Positions 31,526 through 42,390 of a stretch of 64,000 nucleotides of DNA are shown here, piece after piece (positions within the stretch are counted from its first letter, which is position 1; each line of letters opens with the position of its first letter). Where the stretch lies: the IMG/VR virus record IMGVR_UViG_3300008267_012518. One strand, written 5' to 3'. The position numbers and the translations under genes are program-made. Origin of the DNA: a virus. The notes beneath the pieces are model-generated. The model did not search any database. It was not told the origin of the DNA and saw only the letters and a program-made list of their open reading frames with translations.

Positions 31526-32215
31526 ATGAGAAGAACTTTTATAAGTCCGGAATTCAAATATGTTTCTGTATACGGAACACTAAATATGGAGGAAGAAAGT
31601 TCTTTTTTTGGATCCAAAATGCTCGAAATAGAAGATTTAATTACCATCGGTAATGAAAGTATATTATTCTATCAAAATGAAAAGGGGGAACAAATAGACT
31701 TTGAAAAGGAATATGATGCACCACCTATCATATATAATTCCAATGCAGACAAACAAAAATTACATACTTTGGTATTGGATGAATTTCAAACACAAATAGA
31801 AAAGAATAATTATACTAAATGGAAACTCACAATAAGTATACGGTCACTTTTGAAAAATTACCTATTCGCTACTTTAAAAAAATATAGAACTTTTGAGGGA
31901 GTATCCAATGAAATGACCTATAACAGAAATGTTGATTTTTCAATAAATGAGTATATACAGAGGAATGTAATAAATAGGTACAAGTTTACAGGTGTGGATT
32001 TATATTTAGTACCCGTTGATTTATTGACTATAGGAAGCCTTAAATATCAGAATATTTGGGACCGAGAAATCTCACAGGATCAATACAAATTTACAAAATT
32101 TTCTACAGTGACTGACTTCAAATTTGAAGACATACAAATTTTCTTTGCTCAAAATTTTTCAGCTAGTCAGTACGCGTTCAGATATTATTTCAATCTTAAA
32201 TTTGAAAAATTATGA
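31526..32215 (+). CDS. Hypothetical (putative structural) protein
   Basis: 229 aa, tightly coupled in operon. Confidence 0.6.
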   Translation: MRRTFISPEFKYVSVYGTLNMEEESSFFGSKMLEIEDLITIGNESILFYQNEKGEQIDFEKEYDAPPIIYNSNADKQKLHTLVLDEFQTQIEKNNYTKWKLTISIRSLLKNYLFATLKKYRTFEGVSNEMTYNRNVDFSINEYIQRNVINRYKFTGVDLYLVPVDLLTIGSLKYQNIWDREISQDQYKFTKFSTVTDFKFEDIQIFFAQNFSASQYAFRYYFNLKFEKL

Positions 32216-32613
32216 TGGAGAAGAAGGATTTATCTAAATATGAAAAAAACTTGGTTTGTTTTCTGAGACTTTTTCAGAATAGACCTTTTCACTTGGCTAA
32301 ATATTTATCAGATAATGATTGTTTTAGAGATGATTTCATAAAAAATATTACTGAAAGTAAAAAGTTAGGTGATTTAAGTCAAAAATACGATTTGGGTGAA
32401 TTGCCAAATGTTTATTTTATGAACTTCAAGGAGATGTTAAAATTTTTTGAAAATATTTCACAAGATTATAAGATAGAAGGTATGGATAATGAGAAAGTCC
32501 AAGAAGAACTTAATTCAAAATTAAATGAATTTATTAAATTGGAGAAGTACGAAGATGCGATTAAGATAAGAGATTTCATGATACAAAATAATATCAAAAG
32601 AAAAGAGTTTTAA
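32212..32613 (+). CDS. Small protein with C-terminal UVR (UvrB/C) coiled coil
   Basis: LNSKLNEFIKLEKYEDAIKIRD. Confidence 0.65.
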   Translation: MMEKKDLSKYEKNLVCFLRLFQNRPFHLAKYLSDNDCFRDDFIKNITESKKLGDLSQKYDLGELPNVYFMNFKEMLKFFENISQDYKIEGMDNEKVQEELNSKLNEFIKLEKYEDAIKIRDFMIQNNIKRKEF

Positions 32614-32667
32614 TTATAAACTTGTTACTATTTTTATAATAAAAAAATAGTTTTAAACAAAAAAATT

Positions 32668-33753
32668 ATGGCAAAAAAAAATTATGGTGATCTCCGAACC
32701 TTACACGGAGACCTTTTCCAAAACACATCAAATGACATACAAACTGATAATGGTTTATTATCAAATGATGAATTAAAAATGTTGTATGATCAATATGATG
32801 TAAATACCCCAACCATCGGAGAAGTTGTAAACGTGACTTATGTCGGATATTCCGCAGCTGGATATAATTTCGATGGTGGTTATAAAGATTTCGTCCGGGT
32901 TGAAGATAGACCCAATGAATCGAAATATCTTCAAAACATCGAAATTGGTGATAGTATAGATATTTTCATAGTCAATATTGATGAGGATAACTACCACATC
33001 AGGGGTAGTCTTGTTGAACTTTATGAAAACAGAGCTAGAGAAATCCTCACCCAATTAGAAGAAGGCACTTCAGTTTTAGCTTATATTAAGGAAATGACAC
33101 CAGCTGGATACAATGTCGACCTACATTTTGAGGGAGTGACTTTGGCTGGATTTATGCCAAACACACTAGCTGGTATAAATAAATTATATAATCCCGAATC
33201 AATTGTCAATACATCCTTTGAAGTAATGATTGAATCATATTCTAATGAGGAAGGTACCTACATCGTTAGTAGAAGAAAATACCTACAATCATTAATTCCA
33301 AATGCCATCAGGTCTTTGGAATCCGGTAAAATTTACCTCGGTAATGTCACTGGTACTACAGAATTTGGTGTTTTTGTAGAGTTTAACGAATGTTTGACTG
33401 GTATGATTCACAAAACAAATATGTCACCAGAGTGGTCAAATAAAATTAGTCAAATCACACCAGGATCGAGAATTGAATTTTATATAAAAGAGATTATTCG
33501 TGATAAAATTATTCTAACCCAAATATTAAGGGAAACCCTTTGGGACACAATAAAAATTGGTCAAACATTTGATGGTAAAATAAAAGATATAAAACCATTT
33601 GGAGCACTTATCAGTTTGGATGATGAAACGAATGGTCTAATACATACTTCTGAAATTGAAAAATCCAATCAAAAGTTGACGGCTGGTAATACAGTAAAAG
33701 TAAAAGTGATTGCTGTCGATAGGATGAATAGAAAAATATTCCTTAGTCTATAA
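32668..33753 (+). CDS. rpsA: Ribosomal protein bS1-like, four S1 domains
   Basis: Four OB repeats incl. GNVTGTTEFGVFVEF..LTGMIH and GKIKDIKPFGALISL..TNGLIHTSEI. Confidence 0.85.
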   Translation: MAKKNYGDLRTLHGDLFQNTSNDIQTDNGLLSNDELKMLYDQYDVNTPTIGEVVNVTYVGYSAAGYNFDGGYKDFVRVEDRPNESKYLQNIEIGDSIDIFIVNIDEDNYHIRGSLVELYENRAREILTQLEEGTSVLAYIKEMTPAGYNVDLHFEGVTLAGFMPNTLAGINKLYNPESIVNTSFEVMIESYSNEEGTYIVSRRKYLQSLIPNAIRSLESGKIYLGNVTGTTEFGVFVEFNECLTGMIHKTNMSPEWSNKISQITPGSRIEFYIKEIIRDKIILTQILRETLWDTIKIGQTFDGKIKDIKPFGALISLDDETNGLIHTSEIEKSNQKLTAGNTVKVKVIAVDRMNRKIFLSL

Positions 33754-33754
33754 T

Positions 33755-33784
33755 AAAAAGGGGGGTCATTGACCCCCCTTTTTT
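33755..33784. terminator. Bidirectional intrinsic terminator
   Basis: AAAAAGGGGGGTC-ATT-GACCCCCCTTTTTT between convergent genes. Confidence 0.85.
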
Positions 33785-34526
33785 ATTTCAATATTTGTAA
33801 GAATTCTTCAATGGTCAGACCAATTACGGATTCAAAGTCCTCACGAACTAATTTATACTGTTTCGCTGATTTGGTGACTGCCCAATCTATAATATCCATT
33901 TGATTTCTGAATCTATCATTGGACGCGGATACAAGAAACTCAAGTAAGAGTTTTTTCTTATCATCATCTTCATAGTAGTCAATCTTTCTTTTGTGTTTAT
34001 TTACTTTCTCGGTATTCGTTGCCTCATCAAATATTTCTTTTAATCCAATATCTCTTGTTTCTTGATTAGTACATCTTCTAAAATTCCAACTAGTGTACCA
34101 ACGTTCAGATCCATCTAATTTTATTTTAATATCTGTCCAAGAAGTATAACCAGTTGAGGATTTGTGGTCATTGAACTTAACCTCCTTAACTTTGTAAGTA
34201 CGGCCTCGGATTAGTGTTTTGAGAGAATCATATAGTGGTATGACATAATCACCACTTTTCAATGTCTTATCAATTTTAGTTTGCTCACGTTCATTGAGTA
34301 GAATTTGATAATCAGGACAGATCCAATTATTATTTGGGAAATCACCCCCATCCTCCATTGAAAAGTTTTGAAGTGGGAATGTTTGGATAGATCTATCGGT
34401 AAGATAAATTCTAATAATTGGTCTGAAGTATGGGGAACTTTTAGAATTTAAATTGTTGTAATTCGCAATTTTATAGTCACCCCCCTTGACTAATTTTGAT
34501 GTTGGTTTTATACAGATTGCCTTCAT
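33783..34526 (-). CDS. Hypothetical protein
   Basis: 247 aa; TATATTTG upstream; internal RDIGLKEIF. Confidence 0.7.
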   Translation of the reverse strand: MKAICIKPTSKLVKGGDYKIANYNNLNSKSSPYFRPIIRIYLTDRSIQTFPLQNFSMEDGGDFPNNNWICPDYQILLNEREQTKIDKTLKSGDYVIPLYDSLKTLIRGRTYKVKEVKFNDHKSSTGYTSWTDIKIKLDGSERWYTSWNFRRCTNQETRDIGLKEIFDEATNTEKVNKHKRKIDYYEDDDKKKLLLEFLVSASNDRFRNQMDIIDWAVTKSAKQYKLVREDFESVIGLTIEEFLQILK

Positions 34527-34603
34527 ATCTTAAATTATATACAAATATAACAAATAAAATGAACAATATATATTTTTATAAATATAAATAAAAAAAAATT
34601 TTT

Positions 34604-34909
34604 ATGAAAACAGAAAAAATTTCTGCAGAGACAAAAGAAGAAACAGTGGGTTCAGTTTCCATGGAGCCAAACAATATACAAGTTGAACTCAGTGAAGAGG
34701 AGCAAGCAAGGATGGATGAGGTTAAGTCTCTAGTTGAGGCCGAGACCCTTGATCCTACCACATCCATGAATATTTTAATAAATGCTGTTCAGTTAGCTTT
34801 TGATTCTGAAGTTTATAACGACTTAGACCGTTACTTAATTGCTAAGTCTCTGAATTGCTTCAAATCCCACGTGGATAAGGGTGAGGATATTTTACTAAAA
34901 GTGGCTTAA
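34604..34909 (+). CDS. Hypothetical acidic protein
   Basis: 101 aa; AATATATA upstream. Confidence 0.65.
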   Translation: MKTEKISAETKEETVGSVSMEPNNIQVELSEEEQARMDEVKSLVEAETLDPTTSMNILINAVQLAFDSEVYNDLDRYLIAKSLNCFKSHVDKGEDILLKVA

Positions 34910-35562
34910 TCCCATTCGATTTTATCGATGTCCGATGGATAGTGTGATTTTAAAACACTATCCATTTTTTTTGCCATAATTTTCTTATGTAGATTAAATA
35001 CTTGGCTCTCGAGACCGACCACAACATCTGATTTGTGGTCCCCATTTTTATTATAATTGTTGATAACAAAGTCCGAATTACTATTTTTTACACTTTCATC
35101 CATTTCATTTGAAAGGATTTTTTCTATTAAACTTTTACTAAAAGATGTCAAATAACCCATATCGTACTTTCTTTGATATCTTGGTCTGTAACAAGATACA
35201 TTGAAATTCATCAGATTATTCATACGGCGTTCAAAAATAAAGTCAAAATAAAATATTGTATAGAAATCATTTTTGTGTTTAATTCTAAAAAGTTCATAGG
35301 ATTTTAATATATCAAGTTCTATGATGTCAAATAGTTTATCGACTTTATCATTCGAATTCAACTTATTGAAATTAAGTAATCCAAGATTATAAATATCATC
35401 GCCGAATTCTGATTTAATTTTTCTAACGTGGTTTGGTGAGAAATTCAAAAGGAATTTTGTAACTAAATTTGCGTCAAAAACTGGTACATCAAAACCTTTT
35501 AAAATTTCAGAGACTTCGACTTGACCAGAATAATAATTTCCTGTGAGACCTACTTTGTACAT
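34906..35562 (-). CDS. coaE: Dephospho-CoA kinase-like protein with degenerate P-loop
   Basis: KVGLTGNYYSGQVEV, VPVFDAN, IKSEFG, SDFVINN match CoaE layout; Walker A Lys replaced by Gln. Confidence 0.65.
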   Translation of the reverse strand: MYKVGLTGNYYSGQVEVSEILKGFDVPVFDANLVTKFLLNFSPNHVRKIKSEFGDDIYNLGLLNFNKLNSNDKVDKLFDIIELDILKSYELFRIKHKNDFYTIFYFDFIFERRMNNLMNFNVSCYRPRYQRKYDMGYLTSFSKSLIEKILSNEMDESVKNSNSDFVINNYNKNGDHKSDVVVGLESQVFNLHKKIMAKKMDSVLKSHYPSDIDKIEWD

Positions 35563-35638
35563 ATATTACAAAAGTAAGTGATTTAGGTTTCATTTACAAA
35601 CTTTAAAAAATATATATACTTTAAATCGAAAAATTTCC

Positions 35639-36112
35639 ATGAAAAGTAGTAAAATATTAGAATCTTATAGGAACGGTTATTTATTGAACGCGGAAGAACT
35701 TGATAAAGTACCCAGAGAATTTAAAATCGTTTTGATCGATTTTTTAAAAGAAAAGTATTTGGATAACAATCTTAAGAATAAAAAAAGTATTGAAAAACTC
35801 TCCGACATTTTTGGAAAAAAGATCATAAATGAACACAACACTATGAAGGTTCCTTACTTTGACGTTCTCGAAAACATAAACCTGTGTATCGAAGTTGAAA
35901 TGTCTGATCAGATTGTTGAAGAGGAGGGTTCACAAAAATTTGGAGAAACTAAATTTTCACAAATTTTAGAAAGTGGTATTTCAACTTCTAATCCGATAAA
36001 TAGATTTGCAATATCTGAAAAAAGTTTCAAATCTTCGTTGGAAGATTTTATTTCTATTTACACTAATGAATTTGAAGTTGTGGGAGATTCTATTAAAATA
36101 GAATTCAATTAA
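35639..36112 (+). CDS. Hypothetical protein
   Basis: 157 aa; AATATATA upstream; coupled to M16 peptidase. Confidence 0.65.
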   Translation: MKSSKILESYRNGYLLNAEELDKVPREFKIVLIDFLKEKYLDNNLKNKKSIEKLSDIFGKKIINEHNTMKVPYFDVLENINLCIEVEMSDQIVEEEGSQKFGETKFSQILESGISTSNPINRFAISEKSFKSSLEDFISIYTNEFEVVGDSIKIEFN

Positions 36113-36113
36113 C

Positions 36114-37220
36114 ATGATAATAAATCTCAAAAGTCAAACCGATTTATCTGGTTTTTATGTGGTTTTTTATGGTTCAACGAACTTTGAAGAAAGGGGTATT
36201 TATGGTATTTCACATTTGATGGAACACCTTATTTGTAAAAATTTTGAACATTTGAGGGATGATTTTGAAAAAGAGGGTATTGAATGGAATGCCTACACAA
36301 CTCAAAATGAAATTGTTTTTTATTTCACCGGATTGGATGAATACTTAATGAAACAAAAATATGAATTAGTTGAGTTGATTACTGATTTCAAAGTTTCGAA
36401 AGAACAATTTGAGAATGAGAGAAAGATTATACTACAAGAATATAAAAACCATTTTTCGGATCAATCAAACTGCCATTTATCAAATCTGAGTAGAAAGTTA
36501 TATAAAGATTATGACGCAATCGGTCTCAAAGAAGATCTCGAAACAATTAGATATATGGATTGTCTTAATTTCTTTGAAAAACAATTCAAAAATCCATCGA
36601 AAATAATAAATGTTTCGAAAGGCCAACCCTTCAAAATTGATGTTGAGTTTTCTAATTCAGAGATCGATAAAAAATTTGAATTTGGTCCGTATAAAGATGT
36701 TATTTTGGAACCCACTCGAAATTATGGAGATAAGGTATCAATATGTTTAACATCCAAAACAATTGAGGATGATTTCAGTTATGTAATTTTCATCAACAAT
36801 ATGTTGACACTTGGTCTATCTTCACCTTTTTACTCGGAGATAAGAGAAAAGAGGGGTTTGGTCTATCATATAGGGTGTCATCAATCAAGGATGAACGATC
36901 AAGGTGTGAATATTATAAGTACTGAAACATCTAATAAGAATGTTGAATTACTTATCGACAGTTTCAAGGATGTGATGAAAAATCCTGATAAATTTATTTC
37001 AAAGAAACGTTTTGATTTAGTTAGAAGGTCTTATCTTATTAAATTCCAAAAAGATAAAATTAATAGATTTCAGAATATAAATAATTGGATTAATCCCACA
37101 GACTGGTCAGTCAAAGAAATAATCAAGACCATCAACTATGATAAAGTTATGGATGTCTATGATAAGTATTTTAAATTTGATGATTTTTATATATCTAACG
37201 ATAGAACAGAATTTAATTAG
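36114..37220 (+). CDS. M16 (insulinase-like) zinc peptidase
   Basis: GISHLMEH (HxxEH), WNAYT, FENERKIILQE, EIREKRGLVY. Confidence 0.9.
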   Translation: MIINLKSQTDLSGFYVVFYGSTNFEERGIYGISHLMEHLICKNFEHLRDDFEKEGIEWNAYTTQNEIVFYFTGLDEYLMKQKYELVELITDFKVSKEQFENERKIILQEYKNHFSDQSNCHLSNLSRKLYKDYDAIGLKEDLETIRYMDCLNFFEKQFKNPSKIINVSKGQPFKIDVEFSNSEIDKKFEFGPYKDVILEPTRNYGDKVSICLTSKTIEDDFSYVIFINNMLTLGLSSPFYSEIREKRGLVYHIGCHQSRMNDQGVNIISTETSNKNVELLIDSFKDVMKNPDKFISKKRFDLVRRSYLIKFQKDKINRFQNINNWINPTDWSVKEIIKTINYDKVMDVYDKYFKFDDFYISNDRTEFN

Positions 37221-37268
37221 AATGATTGGTTAATTAATATATAAGTCAATAATTGTTTTTAATAATTA

Positions 37269-40200
37269 ATGGCTGTATTACAAAGATCTGTTTCTAATAT
37301 TTCTTCTTCAAATCCACAACCGGTAGTTGGTCAGGTTTTGGTATCTTCTCAAATTCCTAACACGACTTTCTACTCATCTAGATTGGTAAATTATGTCGAG
37401 TCTATTGAGGTTGATGGTGTAATGAAGACTGCTTTTTTTTCTGAAGTTAATACCAATCTTAATGTTGGGGACAGAGTTTTTATTGTTAATGGGAATTATG
37501 ATTCAGGATCCCTTATTAAAGATAACAAATACAAAAAATTTTCCGATGGGTACAGAGTACTTGCAATTAACGGTTGTCGAGTAGTGCTCGACGTTGATTA
37601 TACTGGTCTTTTACCATCCGTTGATTACACAAGTAAAAATTTTATTTATGTTCATGTGGTTACAAGTCAAAAAGATTTTGATTATGTGAATTCATTGTCA
37701 ACGTCTTTGGATGGGACTCCCTTTATCAAAAGTGTGTTCAGTGGGAATATAGTTGATGGGGATTTGGTACTGGAGTGTCAAAACATACTTTACACAAATG
37801 GTTCATTCCAAGGTAATCAAACAATCTCAGGCAATTATGGTAAAGTTAGTTCTGAGGGATTTTGGGTAAGAGTTGATGATGGTGTAAATAATGATTGGAT
37901 TGATATTTCATATTATGTCCTGTCGAATAGGATTATTCAAAATCCAATATTTTCTGGTTCTGGTAAATTGAATATACTTGGTGCGGATTTCTCGTATGAT
38001 GGTTCAATTTTCGAAAAGGGTGGTATCTATAAATATGATAACTATGAGTGGATTATAAGTAATGAAGATTATCCATCTTATATTTCAAAACTCAATTTTA
38101 GGTCTGGTAAATTTAGAGGTGTTCATAATGATGGGATTTATGGTTCTTATAAGAATAAGTTAGATTGGAGTAAATCCGTTTGGAATTCTGGCGTTCTATT
38201 GAATGCAAACTGGAAGGATGGATACATGAATTCAAAACATACAGTAGAAGAAACATCCTTCCTGTGTGGTCTTCAAAAAGTCGGTAGTGTTGAGACGATT
38301 GTTCAATCCTTTGATAATACCGATAATCGTGGGTTTGGTTATAATTTTATAGAAAATTCTAATTTTTTCACATATTCTATTGGTAATGGTAATTTTTTCA
38401 ATTGTACATTTCTTACTCAGAGTCAAATGAAGTCAGCTTTGGATATTTACTACGGACTGGACACACCTTACCTGAGTGTATCCAATGGTGGTAGATATGA
38501 ATTCTGTGATATTTATGATTTGAGAGGTAATAACAGTGTTTTTGTAAACAGTTCGATTAGAAACTCAAACTTATTAAGATCGAAAATCGTTAGCTCCGAA
38601 ACAATAAACACATCGATAGAAAAGAGTAATTGGTCTTCTGATGGTGGAATAAAAATTATTGGGGCTGATTTATGGGGATATGACCATGGGCAAAATGCTG
38701 TTTTATCTGGTACACAGGCTAGTATTTTTGGTACAATAAAACTTTATATCTCAGAGGAGGACTACTTTAAATTAAGCAAGGGAGATACTTTTTATATTTC
38801 GAAATTAAATAAAGAATTCATAAATAATATAATCGACGATGAAAACAAAATATTAAATATACTAGAAAATAGATATTTGATAGAAAACTACGACGACCAT
38901 GATATATCCTCGGGTAACCTATCCAAAATGTTTGTCTCATTGAAGAGTACGCAAGAAAATCTTTATAGGAGTTATATCAAAACTTCAAATACTACTGTAA
39001 ATTATTACAAATATTCAATAAATGACACCGATACTTCAGCTTGGTATAAAATTCCAGCAGCGTTTGCTTTTTCTTCTACATACGCTCAAAATATCGGTTA
39101 TATCCTAGGTGACTTTGTTTTTGTTGGTGACCCGATGGATATAAATAAAACTCTTTTTTTCCAATATTGGCCAGTTAATAAAGGTGATGTAGCCGACGGT
39201 AGAGTGGGGTCAAGAGCATTTCTAGGTGATTTTTCAAAAGCGGAACAGTATGGTGAAAATTGGAAGCAATATGGTCCTTTGGATTCTAATGTTCCGTATT
39301 CTGGTGATTGGTTACAGGTTGGTATTTATAATGGTTATATTTTATCTGCCACCATGGCGATATGGGATCCAAGTACGTCTTATTTTGGTTTTACCAATCA
39401 AGAGATACTACTAACTCCTAATAGTAATTATTCACCTGCATATCCATACGGAGATATAATAAGAGATAATGATATTGATAATAACTATTATATATTTGTC
39501 GGATATGATATCGGATTGACGAATTCATCTAAACAAATACTCACTTCTGTAGATTACTTAAGTCAAAATACGGTAACCTATTCAAACTTCAATTATCCAT
39601 CAATCGACATATCATCAAACATATTTGGTTGGTATGAAAATATTGATGGTGAATTGGTTGGTACTTCTCGAAATAGAATATCTCCAATAGACGTTACAAA
39701 TATTAATAATCTTTTTAAGGATACAATTCTAGTAAATGGTGATTTCAAAAGTGGTGTGATGTCAGATTCAAGTTGGGTAAGTGGTGACCATACAAACAAC
39801 TATAGTAATGTAATTCAAAAAATAGCAAACCAACCACTCGATATAAAATTAGATACCTATTTATCCAAAAAGATTTTGGTATTGACACTTATAAATAAAA
39901 ATTTATCATCTTTTGATCTTGAAGGGTATGATTATCGAGTTGGTGATTATGTCTGGTTGAAATCAATTAATTACACAGAATTTACAGGAGCTACTGTGAG
40001 TTCAGTTTCTGGTCGATATAAAATAGTTAGATTTTTTCCCCTCAACTCAGAAGTGTGGTTAGAAAACTTAGACACTGTGAATAAAATTTCAAATTTAAAT
40101 AGTGGTGGTACATTTTTTATCAATTCCGGTGATACTAATAATTACTTGTCTATACACAAAACAAATTTTGTTGACAGTAAAATAGTTTCAGGTAAATTTA

Positions 40201-42389
40201 AAAGGTCGGGTATAGAAAACTGTAAAATCGAAAATGAAAATTTCAAAAAGTATGTTTATCCAGCTAGTGATTTGAAAAATACAGAACTTCTTAGATTAGT
40301 AAATATTATGTTCCAAGATACAAAAAATACCATAAAAAGTGGTTTAGTATACAAATCTCATTTTGTTAATGATATTTTTGATGGGGGTAATTTTTATAAT
40401 TCAATTTGGTTAGGTGGAACATTTTCAGATGGTCTCTTCAAATCAAGTGTTTGGACTGGTGGTAATTTCAATGGTGGAAAATTTGTCGACAGTAGAGAAT
40501 CAACAGTTTTTACATTTGATTTCGATGTAACATCAAATATTAAACTTTGGCAAGGTGGTAATTTCAACGGTGGTGAATTTTATAATTCATTGTGGGTGCG
40601 GGGTAATTTCAATGGTGGTAGATTTTATTTTTCGGATTGGACAGGTGGAACTTGGAACAATGGTGTTTTGGGCAGTAAAAACATAAGAACTAGGGATACT
40701 ACTATGGCTTATTTTGGACCAACCACATCATTTGGAGCGACCCACACAGTTTGGTATAATGGACTAGTTGAGAATGCTACTGTTGGGGGGTTTGGTTCAA
40801 TAGATTGGTACGGCGGTAAAATGAGTGGTGGTGAATTTACAAGTGAGGGTAGGAATAGTTCCAATTATTCTATATGGCATGGTGGTGATTTCTACAGTAG
40901 TGCATTTACCAAACAAGCTTGGTGGTTGACAGGAAACTTTTACAGTGGTAAATTTCTAAGCGAGATCGGATGGGATCAAGTTTCTTTATTATCACATCCA
41001 AGTGCGACTTTCAGTTATGGGTGGGTTAGTGGTAATTTATACGGAGGAGAGTTTGGTAATGGTTCAACAGGAACAAATTCAGTATGGTATGATGGTATAA
41101 TGCATGGTGGTGTTTTTCAGGGTAAATTTTGGAGAGATGGTCTAGCGATCAATGGTAAATTTTATGGAAGTTTGGTAACACAGAGTGACATAAGTCAGTC
41201 TCTCCTATCTTATACTCAGAGTTTTTACGGAATTTGGAATAATGGGTACGTTGATAATATTATTTACAATGTTAAAAAGGATAGATTAGTGACGACTGAA
41301 GACTTAGAAGTCAGTTCCAAAAAAATTAAACCCACCCTCAAGATGTTTGATATGTATAATGTGGTTTGGATAAAGGGAACATTCTCGCATGAGCTTTCAA
41401 CTTTCAACAATTCAGTTTGGTTGAGTGGAGAATTCAATTCTGGAAATTTTAATGATTCATACTTTAATCCTTACGTCGATCTCACGCTTGCCGGAGCTAA
41501 TATAGAAGACTATGTCAGGTTTGAATACACGAAGATGATCTATGATTACGTAGATACTTTATTAAATGATCAAGATTTTGTATTCGAAACAACGACATTC
41601 TTTTTACAAAGAATTATTGATTTCAAAAATACGTTGAATAACGATCCTATTATTAAGGGAGAATTTATTGTTGAATTTGCATTTTTCGATGGTCAAGTAT
41701 CACCATATCCTCCCAATTACGGTGATATAGACTTTCCAGAATCTGATTATAATAATTTTTCAGCAAATGATTTGAATAGTACAGTGGTTGTTCGAATTTA
41801 TGAACCAAAAATATTTGTTAGATTTCCTAATGAATATGTCGGCATAACTCTTTTCAGACCACAGTCACCGGCACCGCCGGGTCCTGGTACGCCAATACCA
41901 TCACTGATCTATACATATTTATATCCGAATTTACAGAATTCTGGTACTTTACCCTATTCATTCAACACTAATGAAGTTTGTATTTGGAAAGGTGGTAATT
42001 TTAACGGAGGTGAATTCAATTATTCAAAATGGTTGGGTGGAAACTTCAATAATGGTGTTATTAACGGATCAATTTGGTTAGATGGTGTTTTCAACTATGG
42101 TGAAATGAACAACTGCTATTGGGAAAATGGAACTTGGAGAAATGGTAATTGGAACGGTAGTCCCTTCGATTATACAAAATTAAAATTTGACACCAGTTCG
42201 AGCCTTTGGATCGTAGATGATAAAAAAACTGATCAGATCTTGAAAAATATTTATAATTATACCTCGAATACAAATTTACATTTGTCAAACGTAATCACAA
42301 AAGAACCGACTACTACAGAAGTAGTTCATACTTTTGATGCGTCTGACTTTGTTAGATGGAAAGTGGATACAGAAAACTCAACACAATAA
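37269..42389 (+). CDS. Very large putative virion/tail protein with aromatic-Gly pentapeptide repeats
   Basis: 1706 aa; runs such as WLGGTFSDGLFKSSVWTGGNFNGGKF; TAATATATA at 37235. Confidence 0.6.
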   Translation: MAVLQRSVSNISSSNPQPVVGQVLVSSQIPNTTFYSSRLVNYVESIEVDGVMKTAFFSEVNTNLNVGDRVFIVNGNYDSGSLIKDNKYKKFSDGYRVLAINGCRVVLDVDYTGLLPSVDYTSKNFIYVHVVTSQKDFDYVNSLSTSLDGTPFIKSVFSGNIVDGDLVLECQNILYTNGSFQGNQTISGNYGKVSSEGFWVRVDDGVNNDWIDISYYVLSNRIIQNPIFSGSGKLNILGADFSYDGSIFEKGGIYKYDNYEWIISNEDYPSYISKLNFRSGKFRGVHNDGIYGSYKNKLDWSKSVWNSGVLLNANWKDGYMNSKHTVEETSFLCGLQKVGSVETIVQSFDNTDNRGFGYNFIENSNFFTYSIGNGNFFNCTFLTQSQMKSALDIYYGLDTPYLSVSNGGRYEFCDIYDLRGNNSVFVNSSIRNSNLLRSKIVSSETINTSIEKSNWSSDGGIKIIGADLWGYDHGQNAVLSGTQASIFGTIKLYISEEDYFKLSKGDTFYISKLNKEFINNIIDDENKILNILENRYLIENYDDHDISSGNLSKMFVSLKSTQENLYRSYIKTSNTTVNYYKYSINDTDTSAWYKIPAAFAFSSTYAQNIGYILGDFVFVGDPMDINKTLFFQYWPVNKGDVADGRVGSRAFLGDFSKAEQYGENWKQYGPLDSNVPYSGDWLQVGIYNGYILSATMAIWDPSTSYFGFTNQEILLTPNSNYSPAYPYGDIIRDNDIDNNYYIFVGYDIGLTNSSKQILTSVDYLSQNTVTYSNFNYPSIDISSNIFGWYENIDGELVGTSRNRISPIDVTNINNLFKDTILVNGDFKSGVMSDSSWVSGDHTNNYSNVIQKIANQPLDIKLDTYLSKKILVLTLINKNLSSFDLEGYDYRVGDYVWLKSINYTEFTGATVSSVSGRYKIVRFFPLNSEVWLENLDTVNKISNLNSGGTFFINSGDTNNYLSIHKTNFVDSKIVSGKFKRSGIENCKIENENFKKYVYPASDLKNTELLRLVNIMFQDTKNTIKSGLVYKSHFVNDIFDGGNFYNSIWLGGTFSDGLFKSSVWTGGNFNGGKFVDSRESTVFTFDFDVTSNIKLWQGGNFNGGEFYNSLWVRGNFNGGRFYFSDWTGGTWNNGVLGSKNIRTRDTTMAYFGPTTSFGATHTVWYNGLVENATVGGFGSIDWYGGKMSGGEFTSEGRNSSNYSIWHGGDFYSSAFTKQAWWLTGNFYSGKFLSEIGWDQVSLLSHPSATFSYGWVSGNLYGGEFGNGSTGTNSVWYDGIMHGGVFQGKFWRDGLAINGKFYGSLVTQSDISQSLLSYTQSFYGIWNNGYVDNIIYNVKKDRLVTTEDLEVSSKKIKPTLKMFDMYNVVWIKGTFSHELSTFNNSVWLSGEFNSGNFNDSYFNPYVDLTLAGANIEDYVRFEYTKMIYDYVDTLLNDQDFVFETTTFFLQRIIDFKNTLNNDPIIKGEFIVEFAFFDGQVSPYPPNYGDIDFPESDYNNFSANDLNSTVVVRIYEPKIFVRFPNEYVGITLFRPQSPAPPGPGTPIPSLIYTYLYPNLQNSGTLPYSFNTNEVCIWKGGNFNGGEFNYSKWLGGNFNNGVINGSIWLDGVFNYGEMNNCYWENGTWRNGNWNGSPFDYTKLKFDTSSSLWIVDDKKTDQILKNIYNYTSNTNLHLSNVITKEPTTTEVVHTFDASDFVRWKVDTENSTQ

Positions 42390-42390
42390 C

